A stretch of DNA of 64,000 bases from a bacterium (GTDB lineage Bacteria; Bacillota; Clostridia; Lachnospirales; Lachnospiraceae). The position numbers and the translations under genes are program-made. Every line of letters begins with the position of its first letter. Within the stretch, counting starts at the first letter, position 1. Under the pieces are notes generated by a model that was not told the DNA's origin, did not search any database, and was given only the letters and a program-made list of their open reading frames with translations. Of this stretch, positions 54,898-63,165 are shown piece by piece. The stretch spans positions 16,384 to 80,383 of the forward strand of contig JAMPAG010000003.1 in the NCBI GenBank assembly GCA_023667365.1, given 5' to 3'.

Positions 54898-55275
54898 CTA
54901 TTCCCTTTCCGGCATCCCCTCGGAAATTTTCTCCAGCATCTCCTCGACCGTCATCCCCGTGCTCAACTCGTACACGCCCGGCTGCTCGATCCCATGATAA
55001 TTGGACAACAGTTCCTGAAAATAAAATAACCTTGTACTGCGGATGAGACCCTTGTCATACAACTTCTGTCCGAGCGACCTCACGTCGTCCTCCTCCGTTA
55101 CCGCCACGGATACCGTGACGCCCTCGCCCTCCGCCATCGGCTCCTCCGCAAAAATGCGGTAGCCGAACGTATACGCCGACAAAGCGAGACGATAAATCAG
55201 AAATACGACAAGAACCGCCACCGCCACCTTGATGACAAGCGCCGCGATCCCCCTGATGATCTGTTTTACATCCAT
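54898..55275 (-). CDS. MltG/YceG N-terminal-domain-only protein (TM + LysM-like module, no lytic transglycosylase domain)
   Basis: 125 aa. TM segment AALVIKVAVAVLVVFLIY, then VTVSVAVTEEDDVRSLGQKLYDKGLIRSTRLFYF...PGVYELSTGMTVEEMLEKI, which resembles the MltG N-terminal module. It occupies the yrrL (mltG) slot of the Bacillus yrr cluster. Confidence 0.55.
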   Translation of the reverse strand: MDVKQIIRGIAALVIKVAVAVLVVFLIYRLALSAYTFGYRIFAEEPMAEGEGVTVSVAVTEEDDVRSLGQKLYDKGLIRSTRLFYFQELLSNYHGIEQPGVYELSTGMTVEEMLEKISEGMPERE

Positions 55276-55317
55276 TTGAATAACCTGTTCCTTTCAGCCT
55301 TAGGACATTTTTATTTT

Positions 55318-55695
55318 TTATAGTTCCGGTCCGCCGAACGTCATGTCAAACTCCAGCTCCGCCGTAATCATGGTATAAACGTCCTGCATCATCCTGCAAA
55401 AAGCAAGCTCCGCCGCCAGAAAATCACTGACGAGCCGGTTATCCCGCAGGCTTGCGCCCTCCGCCTCAAGCTGCTCCACTTCGTCAAACAGCTTGTCGCC
55501 GTCCTCCGTGTTTTGCAACTGATATAAGTTTTTGCGGTACTCATCGATCCGCTGTTTCAGTTCCGGGAACATCATCAGCCGGTCTCTTTCCTGTATATAT
55601 TTCCGATATGTTTCCGTTTCCTTTACCCAGCCGACAAACCCGCTCACTGCCTGCTCCATATCTTCCATGTCTTCTTCAGTCCTTCTCTCATTCAC
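55318..55695 (-). CDS. YlbF/YmcA-family (Com_YlbF-like) regulatory protein
   Basis: Helical ~120-aa protein. YRKYIQERDRLMMFPELKQRIDEYRK...FLAAELAFCRMMQDVYTMI fits the YlbF/YheA pattern. The start is uncertain (GTG 55695 or an internal ATG). Confidence 0.5.
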   Translation of the reverse strand: MNERRTEEDMEDMEQAVSGFVGWVKETETYRKYIQERDRLMMFPELKQRIDEYRKNLYQLQNTEDGDKLFDEVEQLEAEGASLRDNRLVSDFLAAELAFCRMMQDVYTMITAELEFDMTFGGPEL

Positions 55696-55718
55696 TTAAC
55701 TCTATCCGCAAACGTTCC

Positions 55719-55773
55719 CAGAAGAATCGCAAAGCGATTCTTTGAAAGAGTTTCGCGTCAGCGGAACTCTTTT
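55719..55773 (-). repeat. Hairpin S2 (GAAGAATCGC aaa GCGATTCTT + TGAAAG) followed by a second hairpin (AAAGAGTTTCGC gtca GCGGAACTCTTT), just downstream of rnj
   Basis: Two tandem stem-loops between the rnj stop (55774) and the YlbF-like gene. Neither has a clear U-tract. Confidence 0.55.
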
Positions 55774-57471
55774 CTAGTCCACATCCATAATGATCGGTAA
55801 GATCATCGGTCTGCGCTTTGTTTTTTTCCAGACAAAATCACTTAAGCTGTCCTTGATCGTCGCCTTGATCTTGCCCCAGTCCGTCACATTGCGCTCAAGA
55901 CACCGCAGCACCTGCGTCGATACAAGTTCCCTTGCCTCCGCCATGAGCTCGTCGGACTCCCGCACGTACACAAACCCGCGCGAAACAATCTCCGGTCCCG
56001 ATGCGAGCTGTCCCGATTCGGAATCCAGCGCCATCACGACAATAATGATGCCGTCCTCCGCCAGATGCTGCCGGTCGCGCAGTACGACATTGCCGACATC
56101 CCCGACGCCGAGTCCGTCCACAAACACCTCGCCCACGGGGACTTTGCCCGTAATGCCTGCCTTTTCTTCGGAAAGCTCCAGCACGTCGCCCGATGAAATG
56201 ATGAAAATGTGATCCTTGGGTATGCCAAGCTCCCCCGCGATCTTCGCCTGCGCTTTTAAGTGCTTATATTCCCCGTGTACCGGGATCGCATACTGCGGTC
56301 TTGTCAGCGTGTAGATCAGCTTGATCTCCTCCTGACAGGCATGTCCCGACACGTGCACATCCTGAAAGATCACGTCCGCCCCCTTCATCAACAGCTCATT
56401 GATGACGTTCGTGACCGCTTTCTCATTCCCCGGAATCGGATTGGACGAAAAAATAATCGTATCATTCGGCTTGATCGAGATTTTTCTGTGCGTACTGTTC
56501 GCCATACGGCTCAATGCCGCCATGCTCTCTCCCTGAGAACCGGTTGTGATGATTACCGTCTGCTCGTCGGGGTAATTCTTAAGCTGTTCAATGTCGATCA
56601 GCGTATTTTCCGGAATGTTGAGACATTCCAGCGCGGACGCCGTCTCTATGATATTCACCATACTGCGCCCTTCCACGACGACCTTGCGCCCGAAGCGGTA
56701 GGCGGAATTGATGATCTGCTGCACACGGTCCACATTCGAGGCAAACGTCGCAATGATGATCCGCGTATCCTTATGCTCCTGAAAGATCGTGTCGATCGTC
56801 TTTCCGACCGTTCTCTCCGACAGCGTATAACCCGGACGCTCCGCGTTTGTGGAATCGCACATCAGCGCCAGCACGCCCTTTTTCCCGATCTCGGCAAATC
56901 TGCCCAGGTCGATCGCGTCGCCGAACACCGGCGTGTAATCCACCTTAAAATCTCCCGTATGGACGATCGTTCCGGCGGGCGAATAGATCGCGAGCGCCGC
57001 CGCATCCACGATACTATGGTTTGTCTTGATATACTCTACACGGAATTGTCCCAAATTGATGGACTGCCCGAATTTCACGACTTTGCGCTTTGTCACCTTC
57101 ATCAATTCATGCTCGCGCAGTTTATTCTCAATGATCCCCATGGTCAGCCGCGTCGCGTACACCGGCACGTTGATCTCTTTTAATACATAGGGCAGCGCGC
57201 CGATATGATCCTCATGCCCGTGCGTAATGACAAACCCTTTCACCTTGTCAAGATGTTCCTTTAAGTACGTTACATCGGGGATGACCAGATCAATCCCCAG
57301 CATATCGTCTGCGGGAAAGCTCAATCCGCAGTCCACTACAATAATACTGTCTTCATATTCGAAGGCAGTAATGTTCATACCGATCTGCTCCAGCCCTCCG
57401 AGCGGAATGATCCGCAGGCTGGAAGCCCGGCTTCCTTCTTTTTCCTTTCTTTTCAAAAAAATTTCCTCCAC
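55774..57471 (-). CDS. rnj: Ribonuclease J
   Basis: LRIIPLGGLEQIGMNITAFEY, ITHGHEDHIG (metallo-beta-lactamase HxHxDH), beta-CASP and C-terminal domain. The track start is GTG 57471; TTG 57456, just after GGAGGAA, is equally plausible. Confidence 0.93.
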   Translation of the reverse strand: MEEIFLKRKEKEGSRASSLRIIPLGGLEQIGMNITAFEYEDSIIVVDCGLSFPADDMLGIDLVIPDVTYLKEHLDKVKGFVITHGHEDHIGALPYVLKEINVPVYATRLTMGIIENKLREHELMKVTKRKVVKFGQSINLGQFRVEYIKTNHSIVDAAALAIYSPAGTIVHTGDFKVDYTPVFGDAIDLGRFAEIGKKGVLALMCDSTNAERPGYTLSERTVGKTIDTIFQEHKDTRIIIATFASNVDRVQQIINSAYRFGRKVVVEGRSMVNIIETASALECLNIPENTLIDIEQLKNYPDEQTVIITTGSQGESMAALSRMANSTHRKISIKPNDTIIFSSNPIPGNEKAVTNVINELLMKGADVIFQDVHVSGHACQEEIKLIYTLTRPQYAIPVHGEYKHLKAQAKIAGELGIPKDHIFIISSGDVLELSEEKAGITGKVPVGEVFVDGLGVGDVGNVVLRDRQHLAEDGIIIVVMALDSESGQLASGPEIVSRGFVYVRESDELMAEARELVSTQVLRCLERNVTDWGKIKATIKDSLSDFVWKKTKRRPMILPIIMDVD

Positions 57472-57529
57472 ATTTCTGCTTACTCATTCCGATCACAATT
57501 TTGTTTATTATAACCGGAAAACAACGTCT

Positions 57530-57778
57530 TTACTCATCCAGCATTCCCTCGAAAATACCTGCGACTGCCTCAAACTCCGCGTCGTCCTCCACAAACACAT
57601 ACACGCTCTCTTTGTCCGTGTCCTCGGAATCATCACGCAGAATGACCGCCTCCGCATCCTCGTCTTTGCTGTCCGTCACAAGCAGATAGCTCCTGCCCGC
57701 TATCCGCGTCTGCTCTAACACATAAAATACCAGCTTTTCGCCGTTCTCGCCCTCTAAAACGATCTGATCCTGTTCCAT
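57530..57778 (-). CDS. DUF1292 (YrzB-like) protein
   Basis: Start at MEQDQIVLEGENGEKLVFYVLEQTRIAGRSYLLV (ATG 57778, GGAGAGAG RBS). Acidic C-terminus. Sits after ruvX as in Bacillus. Confidence 0.8.
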   Translation of the reverse strand: MEQDQIVLEGENGEKLVFYVLEQTRIAGRSYLLVTDSKDEDAEAVILRDDSEDTDKESVYVFVEDDAEFEAVAGIFEGMLDE

Positions 57779-57825
57779 ACTCTCTCCGCTCTGTTTCTGC
57801 TGTGCTTCCCGGCATGTCCTGTGGT

Positions 57826-58269
57826 TCATCCGCCGCTCCGCTTCTCCTCCATGGCGCGCCGGTCAAGGTATCCCTGCAAAATAAGAACTGCCGCGATCAT
57901 GTCCACATAGTCGCGCCGGTGCTCCCTGCGGATCCCCGCTTCCATCATCGCCTTATCCGCCGCCACCGTCGTGAGGCGTTCATCCCAATATGCCACGGGA
58001 AGCCCCGTGCGCCGCTCAAGCATCTCCCCGAACTCCCGCGTCTTTTCCACGCGGACGCCCTGCGTATCGTTCATATTCTTTGGCAGTCCGAGTACGATCT
58101 GTTCTACCCCATACTCTTCGATTAGTTCTTCGATCCGCGCGCATGTCCTGCGCAGCTGATTCTCTTTTTCCCTGCGAATGATCTCCCTGCCCTGCGCCGT
58201 GATGAGCAGCTCGTCGCTTAATGCCACCCCCACCGTCCTGGAGCCGAAATCCAAGCCCATGATCCGCAT
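57826..58269 (-). CDS. ruvX: Holliday-junction-resolvase-like nuclease RuvX (YqgF)
   Basis: Start at [19 protein letters not shown] (ATG 58269). [16 protein letters not shown]. Confidence 0.9.
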   Translation of the reverse strand: MRIMGLDFGSRTVGVALSDELLITAQGREIIRREKENQLRRTCARIEELIEEYGVEQIVLGLPKNMNDTQGVRVEKTREFGEMLERRTGLPVAYWDERLTTVAADKAMMEAGIRREHRRDYVDMIAAVLILQGYLDRRAMEEKRSGG

Positions 58270-58341
58270 ACAAATCCCCATTTCTGCACAACAGCAGCCC
58301 CTGCGCGCCATCCGCTCACGGAGAACTCACGCTTTCCGTCC

Positions 58342-58611
58342 TTACCTCTCGTCCCATCCGTTAAAGCGGATGTACTGCGTCAGCATTTCCTCCACCAGCT
58401 CGTCGCGCTCCACTTTCATGATCTTCGTTCTGGCGTTCTTATGGCTCGTAATATAAGTCGGATCTCCGGACATGATATACCCCACGATCTGGTTGACCGG
58501 ATTATAGCCTTTTTCTGTCAGCGCCTCATACACCTCACGAAGCACCTCCTGCACCTGAATCTCCGGTTCTGTCTCTACCTTAAAAAATTGTGTGTTCCCC
58601 AAATCCGCCAT
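58342..58611 (-). CDS. ireB: IreB-family regulatory phosphoprotein (UPF0297/YrzL)
   Basis: Start at MADLGNTQFFKVE (ATG 58611, AAAGGAAG RBS). EKGYNPVNQIVGYIMSGDPTYITSHKNAR is the family core. Confidence 0.85.
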   Translation of the reverse strand: MADLGNTQFFKVETEPEIQVQEVLREVYEALTEKGYNPVNQIVGYIMSGDPTYITSHKNARTKIMKVERDELVEEMLTQYIRFNGWDER

Positions 58612-58728
58612 TCTGTCACTTCCTTTATCCGAGCCGGTCGATGCCTGTCCACACACCGACACTCCCACACGTACCATACTTTTATTATTTTACTCTACTT
58701 CCCCGAATTTTGCAATGAGACTTATTTT

Positions 58729-60150
58729 CTATAATAAAATAACCCGCAGGTCCCCGTCCGCGACCTGCTCTTTTCCGATCCCCCGCACGATCTGATTCGG
58801 CTCGGCGGCCCCCTCCGGTACAGCCGCAAGCACATAATCCTTCGTGTGCCCGACGAGATAACGCACACCCCCGATCCTGCGATGCTCCTCCGTGAGGATT
58901 TCCATCTGCTGTCCGATATACTGCGCGCGGTATGCATCGGAAAGCCGCCCGGCGGCCGCGATCAGTTCCTCGCTCCGCTCCGCTTTCACGTTGTCGGGAA
59001 CCTGATTCTTCATGACGGCAGCCGGCGTTCCTGCCCGTCTGGAATACTTGAATACATGCATTTCATAAAAACCGATACGCTCCACATATGCCTTCGTCGC
59101 GGCAAACTCCGCTTCGGTCTCGCCCGGAAAACCGACGATCACATCCGTTGTGACCGCCACGCGCGCAAATGCCGCCCGCAGAATCCCGACGCTCTGCGCA
59201 AAACGTTCCGTATCATAATGCCGGTTCATCCTTTTTAGAACCGTATCGCATCCGCTCTGCAGGGATAAATGAAAATGCGGGCAAAGCTTATCGCATGCCG
59301 CCAGACGCCCGGCAAACTCTTCCGTCACGATCTGCGGTTCCAAGGAGCCGAGCCGGATCCGGCATACGCCCGGAATCGCGGCAAGCCGCTCGATCAGTTC
59401 CGCAAGAAATCCCGCCCTGGCGGCGTCGCGGTAATCCGCGGAACGGACGCCGAGAAAATCCAATCCGTACGAGCTTAAATGAATCCCCGTGAGCACAAGT
59501 TCTTTACAGCCTGCCTCCGCCAGCGCGCGCGCTTCCATAAGAACGCTCTCTATCTTCCTGCTCCTGACACGCCCGCGCGCATACGGAATCGCGCAATAGG
59601 TACAAAACTGATTGCACCCGTCCTGAATCTTTAAGAACGCGCGCACATGTTCCTGCGGCTTTGTCAATACCAGTTCCTCATATTCGTCCGTGTGCGCAAT
59701 GTCGATCACGGTATCGCGCGCCTCACGCTGCGCAAAATACTCCTCCAGGATGCGGACGATCTGCCCCTTGCGGTTATTCCCTATGATAATATCGGCACCA
59801 AGGTCCTCCGGTTGAAGACCTGCTTCCGTTTTGTCCGCGGTCGGGGGCGCGCCGTCCGCATCGTGCGCCCGTCCGGCTTTTTGTGCCGCTCGGTTCTCCG
59901 CCTCATGCTGTACATAGCAGCCGACTGCGACGATCACGGCATCCGGATTCTGCTTTCTGGCACGATGCAGCATTTGTCTGCTCTTTCGATCCGCAATATT
60001 TGTCACGGTACAGGTATTGATAATGTAAATGTCCGCTTTTTGAACAAATGGCACAATCAAAAAGCCATTTTCTTGTAACATTTGCCGCATAACGTCCATT
60101 TCATAGGCGTTCACCTTGCAGCCGAGATTATGTAATGCTACACTTTTCAT
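58729..60150 (-). CDS. mtaB: Radical-SAM methylthiotransferase MtaB (MiaB-like) with a ~33-aa low-complexity insertion
   Basis: MKSVALHNLGCKVNAYEMD, IINTCTVT, CNQFCTYCAIPYARG (CxxxCxxC), C-terminal TRAM domain. Insert AENRAAQKAGRAHDADGAPPTADKTEAGLQPEDLG lies between VAVGCY and IIIGN. Confidence 0.88.
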   Translation of the reverse strand: MKSVALHNLGCKVNAYEMDVMRQMLQENGFLIVPFVQKADIYIINTCTVTNIADRKSRQMLHRARKQNPDAVIVAVGCYVQHEAENRAAQKAGRAHDADGAPPTADKTEAGLQPEDLGADIIIGNNRKGQIVRILEEYFAQREARDTVIDIAHTDEYEELVLTKPQEHVRAFLKIQDGCNQFCTYCAIPYARGRVRSRKIESVLMEARALAEAGCKELVLTGIHLSSYGLDFLGVRSADYRDAARAGFLAELIERLAAIPGVCRIRLGSLEPQIVTEEFAGRLAACDKLCPHFHLSLQSGCDTVLKRMNRHYDTERFAQSVGILRAAFARVAVTTDVIVGFPGETEAEFAATKAYVERIGFYEMHVFKYSRRAGTPAAVMKNQVPDNVKAERSEELIAAAGRLSDAYRAQYIGQQMEILTEEHRRIGGVRYLVGHTKDYVLAAVPEGAAEPNQIVRGIGKEQVADGDLRVILL

Positions 60151-60184
60151 AGGAAACCCCGTTTTTTTTGTATTGTTTTATATA

Positions 60185-60213
60185 TTGACTTTTCCTTTTT
60201 TTGCAATTAAGAT
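60185..60213 (+). promoter_or_regulatory. Sigma-A-type promoter for the HPr-like gene
   Basis: TTGACT-17 nt-TAAGAT. Confidence 0.5.
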
Positions 60214-60266
60214 GAGTGTGTGGTTCAAAAGACCGCACAACCAAATAATATAAGGAGGTAAGGTCA

Positions 60267-60497
60267 ATGAAAACCGTAAAGATTTCTTTGAATTCCATTG
60301 ACAAGGTAAAATCGTTTGTAAACGATATTACAAAATTCGATTATGATTTCGATTTAGTTTCCGGCAGATATGTTATCGACGCAAAGTCCATCATGGGTAT
60401 TTTCAGCTTAGACTTATCCAAGCCGATCGACTTAAATATCCATGCGGAAGATAACATTGACGACGTTCTTGACGTCTTAAAGCCGTACATGATCTAA
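60267..60497 (+). CDS. Short HPr-like protein lacking the His15 phosphorylation site
   Basis: 76 aa. DAKSIMGIFSLDL resembles the HPr Ser46 region (NAKSIMGVMSL), but no G-x-H-x-RPA motif is present. Own promoter (60185-60213), AAGGAGG RBS and terminator. Visibly AT-rich. Confidence 0.65.
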   Translation: MKTVKISLNSIDKVKSFVNDITKFDYDFDLVSGRYVIDAKSIMGIFSLDLSKPIDLNIHAEDNIDDVLDVLKPYMI

Positions 60498-60524
60498 TCG
60501 CAATGGAACACATATGCATGTGGT

Positions 60525-60555
60525 AAAAAAGCAGGGCGGGCGCCTTGCTTTTTTT
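60525..60555. terminator. Bidirectional terminator between the HPr-like gene (+) and thiI (-)
   Basis: AAAAAAGCAGGGCGGGCGCCTTGCTTTTTTT. Confidence 0.65.
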
Positions 60556-60559
60556 GCGT

Positions 60560-61741
60560 TCATGCCTCAACGTGAATGATTTCATCCGTCTCAAGCGCCG
60601 TCTGCACAAGCGCGTCGATCTTCTCTTTTAAGTTGGTCTCATGGTCCCGGATGACTTTGACATTCGGTTTCGTCACGGGATGCTTCGCCACAAAGATCGT
60701 GCAGCAGTCCTCAAACGGCAGAATGGACGTCTCGTAGGTATTGATCTTTTCCGCGATGTCCACGATGTCGTTCTTGTCAAAACCGATGAGCGGCCGGTAG
60801 ACCGGCATACTGCATACGTCGTCCGTGCAGGCAAGGCTCGCCATCGTCTGGGACGCCACCTGCCCGATGCTCTCCCCCGTCACCAGCCCCAGACAGTTGT
60901 TTTCCCCCGCAAGCGTCTCGGCAATGCGCATCATGAAGCGGCGCATGATGATCGTCAGCTCGTCGTGCGGACATTTTTCATAAATATAAAGCTGAATGTC
61001 CGTAAAATTGATGACATGCAGGTCGATCGGACCCGTATAGCGTGAAATCAGCTTCGCCAGATCCACGACTTTCTGCTTTGCACGCTCGGATGTGTAGGGC
61101 GGCGCATGAAAATAAACCGCGTCGATATGCACGCCGCGTTTTGCGATCATATAGCCCGCAACCGGGGAGTCAATGCCGCCGGAAAGCAAGAGCATCGCCT
61201 TTCCGTTTGTTCCGAGCGGAAGCCCGCCCGGTCCCGGTATCACCTCGGAATAAAGATAGATTTTTTCCCGGACCTCCACATTGAGCTGAATGTCGGGATG
61301 ATGCACGTCCACACGGAAGTCGGGAAACGCCTCCAGAATCGCCGCCCCCAGTTCCTCGTTCATCTGCGGTGAGAGCATCGGATAATTTTTTCTCGCGCGT
61401 CTGGCGAATACCTTAAACGTCTTATGCTTATCCGCATATACGGTATCCATGTAAGAAAGCACATCCTTGGTAAGCTGCTCAAAACCCTGATCCTCCACAT
61501 GGACGACCGGGCAGATGCCGGATACGCCGAACACCGTCTTTAAGTTGTCCACCGTCTCGTCATAGTCAAATTCCGACAGCGCATCGACATAAATGCGTCC
61601 GTCCGCCTTATGCACATGAAAACTCCCCTCACAGCGGCGCAGCGCATACTTAATATCGCTCACCAGCGCATCCTCAAAAAGATAACGGTTCTTTCCCTTG
61701 ATGCCGATCTCCGCATATTTAATCAAAAAAGCTGAAAACAT
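60560..61741 (-). CDS. thiI: tRNA 4-thiouridine(8) synthase ThiI
   Basis: Start at MFSAFLIKYAEIGIKGKNR (ATG 61741, AAAGGAGAA RBS). THUMP domain, PP-loop LLLSGGIDSPVA. No C-terminal rhodanese domain. Confidence 0.92.
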   Translation of the reverse strand: MFSAFLIKYAEIGIKGKNRYLFEDALVSDIKYALRRCEGSFHVHKADGRIYVDALSEFDYDETVDNLKTVFGVSGICPVVHVEDQGFEQLTKDVLSYMDTVYADKHKTFKVFARRARKNYPMLSPQMNEELGAAILEAFPDFRVDVHHPDIQLNVEVREKIYLYSEVIPGPGGLPLGTNGKAMLLLSGGIDSPVAGYMIAKRGVHIDAVYFHAPPYTSERAKQKVVDLAKLISRYTGPIDLHVINFTDIQLYIYEKCPHDELTIIMRRFMMRIAETLAGENNCLGLVTGESIGQVASQTMASLACTDDVCSMPVYRPLIGFDKNDIVDIAEKINTYETSILPFEDCCTIFVAKHPVTKPNVKVIRDHETNLKEKIDALVQTALETDEIIHVEA

Positions 61742-61787
61742 GATTTTTTCTCCTTTGAACCTATCTGATAAGATTCCTTTTTCCAAA

Positions 61788-61888
61788 GTCTGCGCCAGTC
61801 TGTACAATGCACCGGTCTGCATCGGCGCACCGGTTTGCACAACACACCAATCTGCGCCAACGTGCCCGCCCGTCGGCGCAGACCGGTG
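61788..61888 (-). promoter_or_regulatory. Cluster of ACCGGT-centred 12-mers and GGCGCAGA motifs in the desulfurase-thiI intergenic leader
   Basis: Plus strand GCACCGGTCTGC (61809-61820), GCACCGGTTTGC (61827-61838), inverse GCAGACCGGTGt (61877-61888), and TCTGCGCC at 61789-61796 and 61851-61858. On the sense strand, 61875-61888 pairs with 61845-61858 as a 14-bp helix with two G-U pairs. Confidence 0.5.
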
Positions 61889-61894
61889 TTCCCC

Positions 61895-63049
61895 TTATCT
61901 TCTTGTATAACGCCGCAGCTTCGGAATCTGTTTCTCCAGCACCGCAAGCGCATAGTCAAGCTGCTCCTTTGTGGTCTCTAATGAAAAACTGAAACGCACG
62001 GTCGATTCCAGCAGCTCCCGCCCGATACCGATCGCCTGCAGCGTCGCGGACGGCGTGGGTTTGTGGGACGAGCAGGCGCTTCCCGCTGAAATACAGATCC
62101 CCTCTGCATCCAGACTGTGCAGCAGCACTTCGGCGCGGATTCCTTTCACGGACAGACTCACGATATGGGGCGCGCCTTCCCTGCCGCGCGGACCGTTTAC
62201 GGTCACATCCGGTATGGCAAGCGCACGCTCCGTAAAATATTCTTTGTAATCATACAGGCGGTCCACATCCTTGTCCAGATGGGCAAAAATCTCCTCAACC
62301 GCCTTTCCGATGCCGGCGATCCCCGGTACATTCTCCGTCCCGGAACGCATACCGCCCTGCTGCCCGCCGCCGAACAGGATCGGCTTGATCTTTGCTTTTT
62401 CGCCGACATAAAGAAAACCGATCCCTTTCGGCGCATGAATCTTATGTCCGCTCACCGACAGCAGGTCAATGCCTTCTTTTTTCGGATAAATATGACATTT
62501 CCCGTATCCCTGCACCGCGTCCACATGAAAGAGCGTCTGCGGATTCTTCTGCTTGATCACTCTGCCCGCCTCCGCGATCGGCATGACGCTTCCGATCTCA
62601 TTGTTCGTGTGCATGATGGAAACAAGGATGGTCTGCGGTGTGACCGCCGCCTCAAGGTCTTCGATACGAATGCATCCGCGCGCGTCAACGGGCAGATAGG
62701 TAACGCCGTAGCCAAGACTCTCCAGATAGCTCATTGCCTGTAAAACAGCGGGGTGCTCGATCTTCGTTGTGATCAGATGCCTGCCCCTGCGGTAGTTCGC
62801 CATGGCAGCCCCGATGATCGCCAGATTATCCGCTTCCGTCCCTCCCGATGTAAATAAAATTTCCTTCTCCTGTACTTTTAAGCTTTTCGCGATCTGTTCT
62901 TTTGCGTAGCGGACATACTGTTCCGCATCCACGCCTTTCGTATGCAGGCTCGACGGATTTCCATAATCCACGCGCATGACATGATCTACGATTTCAGCAA
63001 CGCTGTCAAAGCATCTTGTCGTCGCCGAATTATCAAAATAACATTTCAT
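61895..63049 (-). CDS. Class V aminotransferase, cysteine desulfurase (NifS/NifZ-like, ThiI partner)
   Basis: Start at MKCYFDNSATT (ATG 63049). SGHKIHAPKGIG (PLP Lys), GSACSS (active-site Cys). Confidence 0.9.
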   Translation of the reverse strand: MKCYFDNSATTRCFDSVAEIVDHVMRVDYGNPSSLHTKGVDAEQYVRYAKEQIAKSLKVQEKEILFTSGGTEADNLAIIGAAMANYRRGRHLITTKIEHPAVLQAMSYLESLGYGVTYLPVDARGCIRIEDLEAAVTPQTILVSIMHTNNEIGSVMPIAEAGRVIKQKNPQTLFHVDAVQGYGKCHIYPKKEGIDLLSVSGHKIHAPKGIGFLYVGEKAKIKPILFGGGQQGGMRSGTENVPGIAGIGKAVEEIFAHLDKDVDRLYDYKEYFTERALAIPDVTVNGPRGREGAPHIVSLSVKGIRAEVLLHSLDAEGICISAGSACSSHKPTPSATLQAIGIGRELLESTVRFSFSLETTKEQLDYALAVLEKQIPKLRRYTRR

Positions 63050-63165
63050 TTTTATCTTCTCTTTCCGGCTGATTTCCTTCTTGATGACTCTCCATCGCAA
63101 TTCGCCGCTCCGCAAAACCTCTTCTGTTTTGGAGAATCCATGCATATTCTATAGATTACTATATT

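Noticed and set aside
59786-59793. Second sigma-28 -10-like motif (GCCGATAT on the minus strand).
   Set aside because: It lies inside the mtaB coding sequence, with no TAAA-like -35 at the correct spacing and no downstream flagellar gene.
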